Shown here: positions 52,734 through 63,587 of the stretch, piece by piece | How the letters are laid out: each line of letters begins with the position of its first letter | Position numbering within the stretch: the stretch's first letter is position 1 | NCBI RefSeq assembly: GCF_041956535.1 | Contig: NW_027192213.1 | Coordinates: 474,336-538,335 of the forward strand | Origin: Calcarisporiella thermophila CBS 279.70 | Taxonomy: Eukaryota; Fungi; Calcarisporiellomycota | Reading direction: 5' to 3' | DNA: 64,000 nucleotides | Position numbers and translations under genes: made by a program | Notes under the pieces: model-generated | Databases searched by the model: none | Told to the model about the DNA's origin: nothing | What the model saw: only the letters and a program-made list of their open reading frames with translations

Positions 52734-55700
52734 TTATTTTTCAATATCAATATCACTTTCGGGGTTGAGTTCCAGAACGGAACCCACGCTCATCAGCCCG
52801 GCCTTCCTTTCTGCTGTAGTAGCCGTGGCGGTGGTGTGTGGAACTGCATAGGGTTTTGGTTCTGATGGCTCTTTCGTGGCATTGGGCAAATGCGTTTTGA
52901 TGAAAGCAAATATTCGTTCGTAGAGGAAGTGGAGGGTTTCGGTAATAGGTTCTTGGTCAACCCCTATTGAAAATGCAAGTAGAGATGCAAATCTAATGGC
53001 ACTCAGCAGAGCAAGCAGCAAATTTTCATATTTACCAGATCGTACACAATTACCTCGCTCAGGTTTTGACGTTTTTAGCCATATGGGGTGATCGTCAGAG
53101 AGTATGATACATGAATGCTAAGCGCAAAGGACATTAGGTCTCGACCGATAAGAGGTTTAATCTGAAGGGGTCTTTTACTTACATCGAAATACCATTGCGC
53201 AAGTTCTCTCCGAACAGTGAACACGGACTCCAACCCCGGGACTAGGACAACGCATGCTACTTTGTCTTTTACAGCTATGTAGAACACTATCAGATTGTGC
53301 GCATGATTCGGAAAAATCAATAGGGTAATACTCACCTCGATCGCGTAAAATATTCCTAAATCCTTTCACTCCACTTCCTGCCCCAAATAACACCACGCTT
53401 CTGGCATCTGACAACCTGATGCAAAAATAAGTCAGCATCGAAGCAAGCTTTCCGCCTGATATTAGCACCCACATTATGTAATTATCCCAAATATATGTGA
53501 TTAAGTCATTCAATCTTTGACTGGCATCCGCCTCATCCGAGTCAAGATGCTATTTTATAAAGGTTTAGAGAATTCAGAGAATAAATAAATCTCATAACTA
53601 TATGGTGATAAAAATCGTATACCCAAGAAGGGACATCGATATCGATCAGTCCATGGCCTTGTTTTATGATAGTATCCACATAGAGATTGGTTGTATCCAT
53701 CTTTTTGCAAAAAAAAATTAGGCCAGTGGAAAACTTTACAATAATTATAAACCTACAAGATAGGATTCCTCGATAATCGCAGAGTTCGATAATGCTGTTG
53801 TGTTAACCTTGAAATCTGAGCTATGAGGAGAAATCAGTATAAATTTTGGACTTTGTGAGGTGCAGAGAGGCTAGGGGCAAATTGAAGACTTACTAGTCAT
53901 GCACAAAGAAGAAAAGGGATTTATGATTATAGAATTCGGGGCTGGCAATTGTGCGGAAAAAAAAATTAGAGCCAAGAATCGTAAATGAATAATCTAGCTA
54001 GATTACCTGCAATATACTCGCCCGGAAAAGCGTTCATCGTCAACTGGTAGTTTGAACATCTTATATTTGTTAAATAAATAGTTGGATCGGTGCGATTGTA
54101 AAACATCTAAATAGGAGGTTAGAATTAAAGTGGGAATGATCCACTATTCAGAGAAGGCTCTATACACACCGACAGCCTTAATGAAAGTATTCCCTAGATC
54201 GATGGCTTGAGAAGGAAAAAAAAATATCATGCCATAGCCAAAATAAATATGTGCCAAAAATTAATTACCATCAGCAGGCGGCTTTGTTACTTTAGGTGCC
54301 ATGCAATTCCAATACTGCGATTGGACTTTCATAACAGAATGCACCGTCTCAATGCACTTTTGACTGGGAATCATGGGGGGTAACCGCGGGGGGGTGTTCC
54401 CCAGTAAAATTTTTACACACTCGAGAGCAGATTTACTAATAGAGTCAAGGTTATAGCCCCCCTAAGGAAAGAAAATTTGTTGGTCTACACTATCCATTTA
54501 ATAATGATTAGAGAGAAAATTACACACCTCCAATGCCATAGCTATTCGACCATCCGCGAGTCCTTTCAACATATAGGTCATATGCGCATAGCCAGAAGGC
54601 GTCACAAAGCATTCTCCTAAAAAATCGCCCGCCGCCGCATCATAACCAGCTGACACTGAAGCAGTGGATGAGGGTTTAGTGCAAGAGAAATGGAGGTTTG
54701 TGTAGGGTATGCCACGGTACCTATCACTAAATCAGGATCAAATTCGTATGCGATCGGCATAATTACTCGGTTAAACGCATGAAGATAATCTGCATCACCC
54801 ATCTGTGCACAAGGCCATGGAATATTAAGAGTTCTTAATGAAAAAAAAAATACAAGGATTGGTTGATCATACGAGTATGAGAATGATTAGAAGTTCAACT
54901 CACCTTCCCACACCAGGGCCAATTCCTACGAAATCATGCGCACCGGTCCTATCATTCGGGTAAAATGTTGCATCTTCGTATCGGTGTATTGAACAGTATA
55001 AAATATCGGGGTCATTAACAAACGCTCTTTGGGTTCCGTTTCCATGGTGGACATCCCTGTGACGTCGAAAAACGGGTGAGGAAAAAAGTGCAAGTCAAAC
55101 TATCTATTAAATGCAAACCCACCAGTCGAGGATGAATATTTTTTTCACTCCATAATTCTCCTTCAGAGTCTTCGCGGCCACTGCAACATTATTGAAAAAA
55201 CAGAAGCCCATAGGTGTGTCTGGCTCTGCATGATGTCCAGGTGGACGCACAATTGCAAACCCATTCTGAACTTCTCCCAAAGCTACCGCCTTACAAAGCT
55301 CGATAACGCCTCCACATGCGAGCCGAGCACAAAATGCCGTGTTGCCGTGGAGATATATAGAATTGTACTCCTTCTCCATAGCGATAAGATCAATTCTATC
55401 CAATTCTATTTCAAAGCTCCACGTCAGCCGCACTGTTATAAAAAAGTTAGCCGCCGGGACTGACCTGCTGTTGAAGATATGATATCCCACAACTCCTCTG
55501 TATGCACCAATAAGACCTCTTCTTTGGTCACTTCACGTGCGTCGATTTTTGTGCACTCGGGCAGAAGTCCTTCTTTCACGATCGTATTCATTATTCTCCA
55601 GATTCTCCGTGGGTCTTCCGGGTGCTCTTCGTCCTTTGTTAAGTTACAGTGCCACAGCATAAGAGGTGAGTATACTAGACCAGTTCGCTTATTCTTCCCA

Positions 55701-55933
55701 GAGGAGTTAAATGAAGATTTTGCTGCAAATGTAGATGATATGGAGGCGAGATGCGAAGGAGTGGATTGTGCAGAGCTGCTGCTCATGCTTGTGGAGGCAT
55801 TGATAGGTTGCTGGACATTGGGGAGATAATCATTAGTGGGAACAGGAAATAAATCCGCAGGATTAACTGTCGTTTGGGGTGGTGTTTCAAGAGCATCACT
55901 GGAGTCCGCTGCAAGCAGGATAAGGCTGTCCAT
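52734..55933 (-). CDS. HDA1: Class II histone deacetylase Hda1/Clr3 with C-terminal Arb2-like domain
   Basis: [64 protein letters not shown]. Many introns. Confidence 0.93.
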
Positions 55934-56323
55934 GCTGTAGCAGTTCTCCTGGTGCCAGATGTGATGTTTGGGTGATCCGTTTGATGCTCACCAAAGACCA
56001 CTTTCAAATGAAATAGGGAGCACAAGCCACTTAATATCTTTATAGTTAGAATTATGGAAAAAAAAACGCAGCTTCACAATAGGGAGGGACAGCATTCTTG
56101 GTTATTGAGCATTCCATAGCTTATTTTCAGTAGAAAGAAATGGCTTATTATATTTGTCATTATTCAAATAGGAATATAAAAAATTAGTTTATATGAATAT
56201 ATGCTAACATTATGATACAAAAAAAATTAAGGGAAAATAAAATAGAGATATCAGTTGATGTATGAATGTGAAGAGAATGTTTATGATGAAATAATTTTGT
56301 CCTGTTAATAAAGAAAAATTGGT

Positions 56324-56654
56324 TTATGCCTAAAATGCGTGTGTTGGAACACGAGTAACCGAAGAGTGCGACGAAAGAGTAATATAAATATAGATCATAA
56401 ATGTTAGACATTAACAACATCGATCATAAGATATTTAGCCCACATAAACACAAATAGTGTGAACATGGGCTATATACACTTACGGGTACTGTCATGATTT
56501 CGGCTGCGTTTATCTTCTCTCTTGCGTATTGCCGCCTGGTTGCGGCTCTCCGCTCCCGCAGAGCGCGTCTAAAATGGTAGATAAAAAGAAGAGAAAAGAG
56601 AAAAAGAAGGATCACGCCACCCCCGACAGCTACGTTGACCAATTGGCTGGGCAT
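56324..56654 (-). CDS. Small (58 aa) single-pass membrane protein
   Basis: ATG 56654. TM segment VAVGGGVILLFLFSLLFIY followed by Arg-rich HFRRALRERR (positive-inside). Donor GTAAGT at 56483, acceptor TTTTAG at 56330, then GCA TAA. Confidence 0.55.
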
Positions 56655-58093
56655 GATCGTATAATTAGTTGCGCCTAATAGCTCTAAGTATGATGGAGGG
56701 GCGATAATGTTGGAATTTCCGACTCATTGGTAGTGTTCAAAGGTGTTCACTACGACGAAAAGGTGCTTGATTGGGGCTTGGCCAATTTATAGTTTTCTAA
56801 ATCAGATGAAGATATTCGACATGGAAAAGGAAACCCATTTTCCTAGGCAGAAAACTTGTGGAAATATCCTAATTTATGCAATACGTGTTAAGGATCTTCA
56901 TTAACTACAGATATTGTTAACTTAATACAACGAAACCTGCTCATAGTCTGTAATAATTTTGCATCATCAGGTTTGGTTTGGGATTGCTGCCTCGGAATTA
57001 AGGTGGAGGCGTTAGAACGAATACTCGTGGTGTAGATGCAGATCTATTGAATCTTGAATTTATCCTTGGTTGCTGGCTGATAATTGAGCCTCTGTTGTGG
57101 CCTTCATTTCTAGTAGAACTCGGGTGCGCTTTCAGTTATCTAGAAAACTCAATGGTCGATTCTCCAAGAATTAGCTGGACGGAAGTGCGCGAGTTCACTA
57201 GCAAGGATATCCTTCTTTCGAGCCATCTGCAATTGTGTTTCCTTTAGCCCCATGAATCCCCGTCAGTGATGATTTGAAAATATGCTCAAAGCGCCAGGCT
57301 CCTCAGAAGCTTTTCGTGTGGAATGGGAAAAAGAGTTGGTACGACTGGTGTTGCTAGAAGATTTGTGGCTTTAAGCCCTTGTGCTCTCTGTGCTTCCCCG
57401 GGACGCTGCTAGCGAAGTGCATCCCCTTGAACTTTTAATTCTCTTGCAACTGCTTATACCCTCACTACAGAGAGGGTATAAGCGGTTGCAAGAGGCTGCT
57501 TGTGTAATTCGGTTGTCAAAACCCAAATTTCTAGACATAAGCACTTTGGAGCTGGGCAAGCTCAGGCCCGATTCCAAGTCTTGCAAGGCACAAGCCCCTC
57601 AGAAGCGATGCAGCCTTCTGTCGCGGATCCTATTTATAGAACAGGGCTCTATAAAGCCGGGGTAGACTAGCGTCCCGCCGCAAGGAACTAAGCCAAGGCA
57701 AGAGAGGGTTCATACAATCCAAGAAGCACCAAAAAAAACTCTCCGAGTGCGGCTGGAATAATTGGAGCGCCGGGTGTGAAAACAGTAAGGAATCACGAGG
57801 GTTAGACCAGCTCGTCCCAAGTGGATCAGTCAGTCGGGATCCGAAAAAAGTAAATAGGGCATCGTTGTTTTTCAAAGACAAGTTCAGCAGCTTTTATTTT
57901 CGTTACAAGACATCGCTAGGCTCTCCAGGAGTTTAGGCCGCTTCCATTCCTTTTCCTTAGTGTAGGCTGACTTCCCGCGATCAAGCATCGCCTCCATCAC
58001 CTAGTCTTTGCTGCCGACTCGCGCTCTCTCATCCCTCGTCCTCCCATCCCCCCTTTTGCCTGCTCTTCCCCCATACAAACACACGCGCGCAAC

Positions 58094-58764
58094 ATGAAAG
58101 TATGCTGCTTTTGCTTTGATCTGCGTACGGGCGTATTGGTTCTTTCTCTCTTCGGCACCATCACGCAATTCTGGAATGCCATTGCGCTCTCTGCGCTGCC
58201 TGCACGACCACAGTATGCGGCGATTTTATCGGCCTTCATCGCCTACTCGTGGATGGCGGGGCTAGCTTGTTTGGCTGGATTTGCTGGAGTGGTAAAGGTA
58301 TATATGGTTGGACAATGACCCTAATTCACGAGCATCAACTCACGGATCTTTTTGTTTAAAAGAACAATTTCAACTACATTCGCGCCTATTCCATCTTTTA
58401 CATAATGGACGTGATTGTGGGCTTTGCGCTTGCTATTGGTCTATCTACGGCCGCCTTCGCGTATAAGTCCTCAGTATGCGACTGGTTAATTCACCGCCCG
58501 GATCTCGATCTTGAAATCTCGCTTAATGAGTGTCTCGCTTGGTATACCAAAACTGCCGTCATTGTCATTTCATTATTTGGTATATTCATGCTGGTGCGGC
58601 TGCACTTTTTGATGGCTGTTTGGGGTTATTATAGAACCCTATTGAGAACCCGGTCGTATCTAGTAATGGAGTCTAGCGTTCCTGCATATGCACCGGTGCC
58701 CGTAGAGGCTCCCCCTGCTTATGAAAATGTGATGACGGATGTCGATAAAGATGAAAGCGTGTAA
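58094..58764 (+). CDS. Four-TM membrane protein, LAPTM/tetraspanin-like, with C-terminal PPxY motif; 2 exons
   Basis: N-terminal CCFCFDLRTGV, four hydrophobic helices, paired Cys in the second loop, tail EAPPAYE. Intron 58298-58362. Confidence 0.75.
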
Positions 58765-59321
58765 TTATATATTCTTTTTTTTTCCTTACGACTTCAATTC
58801 TCAGTGACTTATGTTTGCTTACTTTTCATTTCTGAACACTTCTAAATGCTCTCTTCTCGTTTATTCTTGCTCCTATATCCTTTTTATTTTCGTTTGTTTC
58901 CGTGCGGCTTTTCATTCATTTTATGTTCTTTTGCTCCTATGAAACCCATCACACTTGCTCCTTGTTTTTGTCTTTCGCTTTCTGTCTGTTTATTTCAATT
59001 GGATAAGCTCGGTTTGTTTTTTTTTTTCTTTTCTTTTGTTAATATACCAAGATATATCAACAAGTGAACTGAGGAAGAAGATCTATATCGACTCCGCTTC
59101 TAAATTTTTGTCTCATCAAATCACGTCATCAATTGGCGGTTTTTTTTTCTAGTCAAACGAAGGAAAACCTCCGCGTTACAGGTGTTGGTGCATACTCTTT
59201 ACTCGTTGGTTCTCTTCACTTTACCATTTTTTTCTCCTATTATACTCCTTTTATTTTCTTTTCCCACTTAATATATTCTGGCCTCTGCAATCTGATTATC
59301 ATAAACAAGAGCTGAAAAAGT

Positions 59322-61763
59322 ATGAAGTTTGGCGTGCGCTTGAAGGATAGCATTTATCCTGAGTGGCAAGAGCAATATCTCGACTATAATGCACTCAAGA
59401 ATCAGCTCAAGCAGGCTTGCAACAAAGAAGGGGGCTACACAGAGAAAGACGAGAGCGAATTCGTGGAGCGGCTGGATAAGGAACTGGAAAAGGTATCCAA
59501 AGAATGCTTTTCACGCCCATGCGAATCACCATTCGCTTATCCTCAACTCTGAAATTCATATTCTGATCCATTTCTCAAATGATTTAGATCAATTCATTTC
59601 ATGCCAATACACTGCACGAGCTTGAGCAACGTGCTAGCGATTGCGACGCTCATGCTTCCAATATCGACCAGTATCGAGAGTCTGCTCCCATGCGCCTCCA
59701 AAATCTCCTCGATGAGATTAACACCATTGTCGATTCCGTGAACCGCCTCTCCCAATTTGCGCGCCTAAATTATACAGGTTTTCTCAAAATAGTCAAGAAA
59801 CACGATAAACGTGTACGCTATATTCTCCGCCCAATGCTTGTTGTTCGCCTCAACCAATGCCCTTTCTGGAAGGTTGATTACGATCCCCTCTTGATCCAGC
59901 TATCGCGACTCTATCATTTCGTCAGGAGTGGAGGCGAGCCTTCGCTTGGTGAATTCATCGATGCATCCACAGAAACAACTCAGACCTTCATTCGAAAGTC
60001 GACCAAATTTTGGGTACACCCCGACAACGTCGTTGAAGTCAAGACATTCATTCTCAAGCACCTTCCCGTCCTGGTTTATAACGCCCCCTCGGGATCACAG
60101 GATACTCATGTTGACCCATCCATCTCCTCGGTTTACTTGGATAATGCCGGGTTCGAACTATATACGCGCAAGGTGGAACGCGATCAGGGATCTGAAACTT
60201 TGCGTCTCCGTTGGTATGGATCTGCAGAGGAGCGGCGGGAAGTGTTTGTAGAGCGGAAGCGCCATGCGGAGGAGGAGGACGAGATGGAGACTAAAGACCG
60301 ATTTCCAATTAAAGTGAAGTATTTGCCAGCTTTCCTTGAAGGTAAATACGACGTGGAGCATCAGGTGGCCAAGTTGCGTCGCAAGGCCACCAAGTCTCCT
60401 GAGATGATCGAGTCATTTGCACGCCTCGCCAGTGAAATTCAGGCGACCATTTGCCAAAAGAAGCTTCAGCCGGTTCTACGTACCTTCTACCATCGCACTG
60501 CATTCCAAATTCCAGGCGACAAGCGCGTGCGCATCTCGCTAGATTCGGAGGTCACCCTCATGCGCGAGGATACGCACCTCTTCCCAGATGACCCAACCGT
60601 ACGCCGTCCTAACGGTGCCTGGCGCCGCCCGGATGCCGACGTGGACTTCCCTTTCCGCGAACTCAAGGATGGCGCGGAGATTAACCGATTCCCTTTTGCA
60701 GTCCTCGAAGTGAAGCTTGCGACAACCGAGGTGCCACACTGGGTGAATGAACTTGTGGCGAGCAATTTGGTGGAGGAGGCGCCGAGATTTTCCAAGTTTG
60801 CCCACGGTGTTGCCACGCTTTTCGAGTCGCGGGTGCAGCTCCTGCCGTTCTGGCTCGCCCAAATGGAGGAGGTTTTCCAACGGGAGCAGATGGAACGCCT
60901 CGCGAGAACACAGCACCAAAAGGCCGTCGCCGAGGAAGCACAACGCAAGCACAGAGAATCCTATGACCATAAACGAAGACCCTCCCAGATAGAGGTTGTG
61001 ATTGATTCCTCATACGTACCATCTTCGCGTAGCAAAGACAAGGGAAAGGGCAAATCGGTCACCATTGCGGAGCCAGAAATCACGGAAGAGCCCGAGGATA
61101 TGATGGAGGTGCGCCAGGGGGAGGGTGCTGAGGAACTTGAACCACCCGGCGAACCAAGTGAGACCTCGACCCTTCTTCGACGCTCTGCCGGCTACGGAAG
61201 CACCAACCACGACTCACTTGGTGACACACAAAGCAACGGTAAGCACGGGGGCTCACTCGGCGGGCTCACCAAAGTATTTCGACGCCGCCATCCCCATACG
61301 GGTACTCCCGCAAGCGTTACGCTCCCCCCCGGCGTCAAGGTTCCTAAAAAGGTGTTTACGCCTATTCGTGTCGAACCCAAGGTCTATTTCGCTAATGAGC
61401 GTACGTTCCTCTCCTGGATGCGCTTTTCCTTGCTGCTTGGCTCTCTTTCTCTTGGCCTGTTTAACTCTGGCGATGTCATTGGTCGGTATGCCGGCCTGAT
61501 CTACGCCATTATCTCCTTGACCTCGATGATCTATAGTTTGGGGCTCTATGAGCGAAGACGCGATATGATTCGTAAACGAGACCCTGGGCCGTACGACGAT
61601 TTAGTGGGGCCCACTGTTCTGTGTGTGGCCCTCTTCGCCAGCGTCCTCTTAAACTCCTATTTGAAGGTTTCTTTCAAAGTACGGAAACCCTGAACGAGTC
61701 GTGCCCTCCTCTTTTTCTCACTAGAATATCTCTGCTCCGTTGACTCTATTATTGAACTCATAG
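59322..61763 (+). CDS. Vacuolar transporter chaperone subunit (SPX-VTC/TTM-DUF202), Vtc2/3-like
   Basis: MKFG..YLDYNALK, LNYTGFLKIVKKHDK (SPX), KFWVHPDN.VEVKT.ILKHLPVLVY, LRLRWYG, RTAFQIPGD.RVRISLD, VEPKVYFANERTF. Ends at 61693 unspliced, or 61763 through a terminal intron. Confidence 0.92.
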
Positions 61764-62261
61764 AAAAAACAAACGATTTCCAACGTGTATCCTTGGTGCA
61801 CCCTTTTAATTGTCTCTTATCTTATTATTGCTCTCCTGCTATTTATTTTGGATTCTAATAAAAACTGACTTATTTCAAAATGCAGTAGTAGGCTTCATGC
61901 CAAACCATCTAACCCTCCCCTATGCTTCTTATGGTAAACATCCAATAGAATGCTTGCTTTAACAAGTAAAAAAAAGGCTTGGGGAAGGCCAATTTGCACC
62001 ATATGAAGGGTGGAGAAAAGTAAATTCCAAAGTTGGTTCACGACTCCGCTATTTATTTGTAACCCCTTTTCTCCATAGCATTCTTATCCGATATCTCCGC
62101 ACAAAAGAATATTAATTACATCTTCCAAAGCTATTGGCGCAGATATCTGCTTCTCTACCCATCCTTTCGCCCAGATCGAAGAACTGCGAGTGAAGGTAGA
62201 GACAGCCAGTATACTTATTAGAGTTGGCACTGCAAACAAAAATGAAAAGAATGTTTGCAAG

Positions 62262-62532
62262 CTTTTCATCAGACCTACTCATAGCAATCAAAGGATAATG
62301 GATACAAGAACAGAGGAATAAAGATGTAGAAAATTTCAGGCAGAAATGGGGAGCTCGCTAATCTGAATCGATGATAACAAAGAAGTAGTTTTCGATCACG
62401 AGGAAGGAAGCAAAGAATACATTATTTGATCCTCTTAAGCACGGAACTCTTTAGGCTTCATCCCTTGTTTTCTTGTACCTAATAATCTTGCTCAGAAGAT
62501 TCCTTCACATATAATATAGTTTAAATAAACCA
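62262..62532 (+). mobile_element. Degenerate LINE-like 3' fragment (copy 1): end of ORF2 plus 3' UTR
   Basis: Homologous to the reverse complement of 63278-63550. Translates to FSSDLLIAIKG*WIQEQRNKDVENFRQKWG, with an internal stop and a later frameshift. Confidence 0.65.
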
Positions 62533-62554
62533 ATTTTTTCTCCCTTGGGATATA

Positions 62555-62858
62555 TTTTTTTTACATCCACTTGCTGATATTTATCTGAAGGGAAAGGAAG
62601 GGTAGACTGCTACGTCAAAATAACCCTGGTACTGCCCCTGGCCTCCCATTTTTGTGGTTGGATTTCTCCTAAGGATGTTTGCTACGTATTTTTGTAGCCG
62701 CTTGATATTACTTGCTTATTGCTATACTATTGATAGCAGTTGAGTCCTGTGAAAAACCCAGCAAACTCTCATGCACGGGTGTTGCCTACGGAGATCGAGC
62801 TCGCAACCTAGTGATTCTGCTCCGGGATCCCAATCCACTACACCAACGAAGGGCGATG
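62555..62858 (-). mobile_element. tRNA-headed SINE candidate A (~300 nt)
   Basis: Minus strand: CATCG start, A-box TGGTGTAGTGG (62845-62835), B-box-like GAGCTCGATCTC (~62802-62791), structured 3' module at 62647-62593, ending TGGATGT-A8. Confidence 0.6.
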
Positions 62859-62881
62859 GGGGGGGGGGGGGAGCTACTGGC

Positions 62882-63233
62882 TTTTTTTTATCATCCAATG
62901 GAAACCTTTATTTAATTTCCATATATTACATGAAGTTAATGTCAATAGACTTAACGTACCGAGATACAGTTCTTTGACCAGCAAGCGTGCAATCGATATG
63001 CGTGTAATCGAAAGGCGTGTATTGTTGTTGTCGTGAAGAGCACGTACGTAATATCGATGTAATCAGTGTACTTTTTCGTTGGAGCGATCTTTCCAGTGAT
63101 AGAGACTCAATATTGACCAAAATGGACAGCAGTCGCGATCTAATAATGAGAGCTGGTGGGGGAAGTGGGATTCGAACCCACGCCGTTTCATCCGGCACCC
63201 CTGGGATAGTCCACTACACTGTCGCCCCCGATG
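62882..63233 (-). mobile_element. tRNA-headed SINE candidate C (~350 nt)
   Basis: Minus strand: CATCG start, 76-nt tRNA-like head, unrelated body, AATAAA, ending TGGATGAT-A8. Confidence 0.65.
63154..63229 (-). ncRNA. tRNA-like sequence with encoded CCA (SINE head or pseudo-tRNA, not a canonical tRNA)
   Basis: GGGGGCG...TTCCCCC-A-CCA acceptor, G18G19, perfect T-arm GTGGG-TTCGAAT-CCCAC at positions 49-65. The canonical anticodon stem does not pair. Confidence 0.7.
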
Positions 63234-63587
63234 TTTTTTTTTCTTTTTCTCTAAGGACGCGGGAACTTGCGTCCTGTGGTTTATTTAATATATATTACAA
63301 ATGTGAGATGTGCTTTCGGACAGGCTTATTAAGTACTAGAAGAACATGGGATATAATTTAAAGAGTTCCGTGCTTGGAAATGTCGGGTTAAGTGTTCTTG
63401 GCTTCCTCGAAATCGAAGGCTACTTCTTGGCTGTCATCGATCCGGATTAGCGAGCTCTCTCCCCATTTTTGCTTGAACCCTTCTTCGTCTTTTTTCCTCT
63501 GTGCCTGTATCCATTGTCCTTTGATTGCTATGATAAGATCTGATAAAAACATACACTTGAATGCGATGTCCTCGTGTTCTTGGTTGC
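63234..63587 (-). mobile_element. 5'-truncated LINE-like 3' fragment (copy 2): ORF2 C-terminus, 3' UTR, terminal hairpin, A-rich tail
   Basis: Open frame NQEHEDIAFKCMFLSDLIIAIKGQWIQAQRKKDEEGFKQKWGESSLIRIDDSQEVAFDFEEAKNT*, then AATAAA, hairpin AGGACGC/GCGTCCT (63254-63275) and GAAAAAGAAAAAAAA. Confidence 0.65.

Noticed and set aside
59493-59587. U12-type intron in the VTC gene (GTATCCAA donor, TCCTCAAC)
   Set aside because: The donor lacks the TT of GTATCCTT, and the branch-like motif is ~40 nt from the acceptor. A U2 intron explains it adequately.
63154-63229. Functional tRNA-Gly(GCC), tRNA-Ser or tRNA-Sec
   Set aside because: The anticodon stem does not pair in the canonical register, and there is no TCA anticodon or long variable arm. 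No in-frame TGA selenoprotein candidate was noticed in the window.
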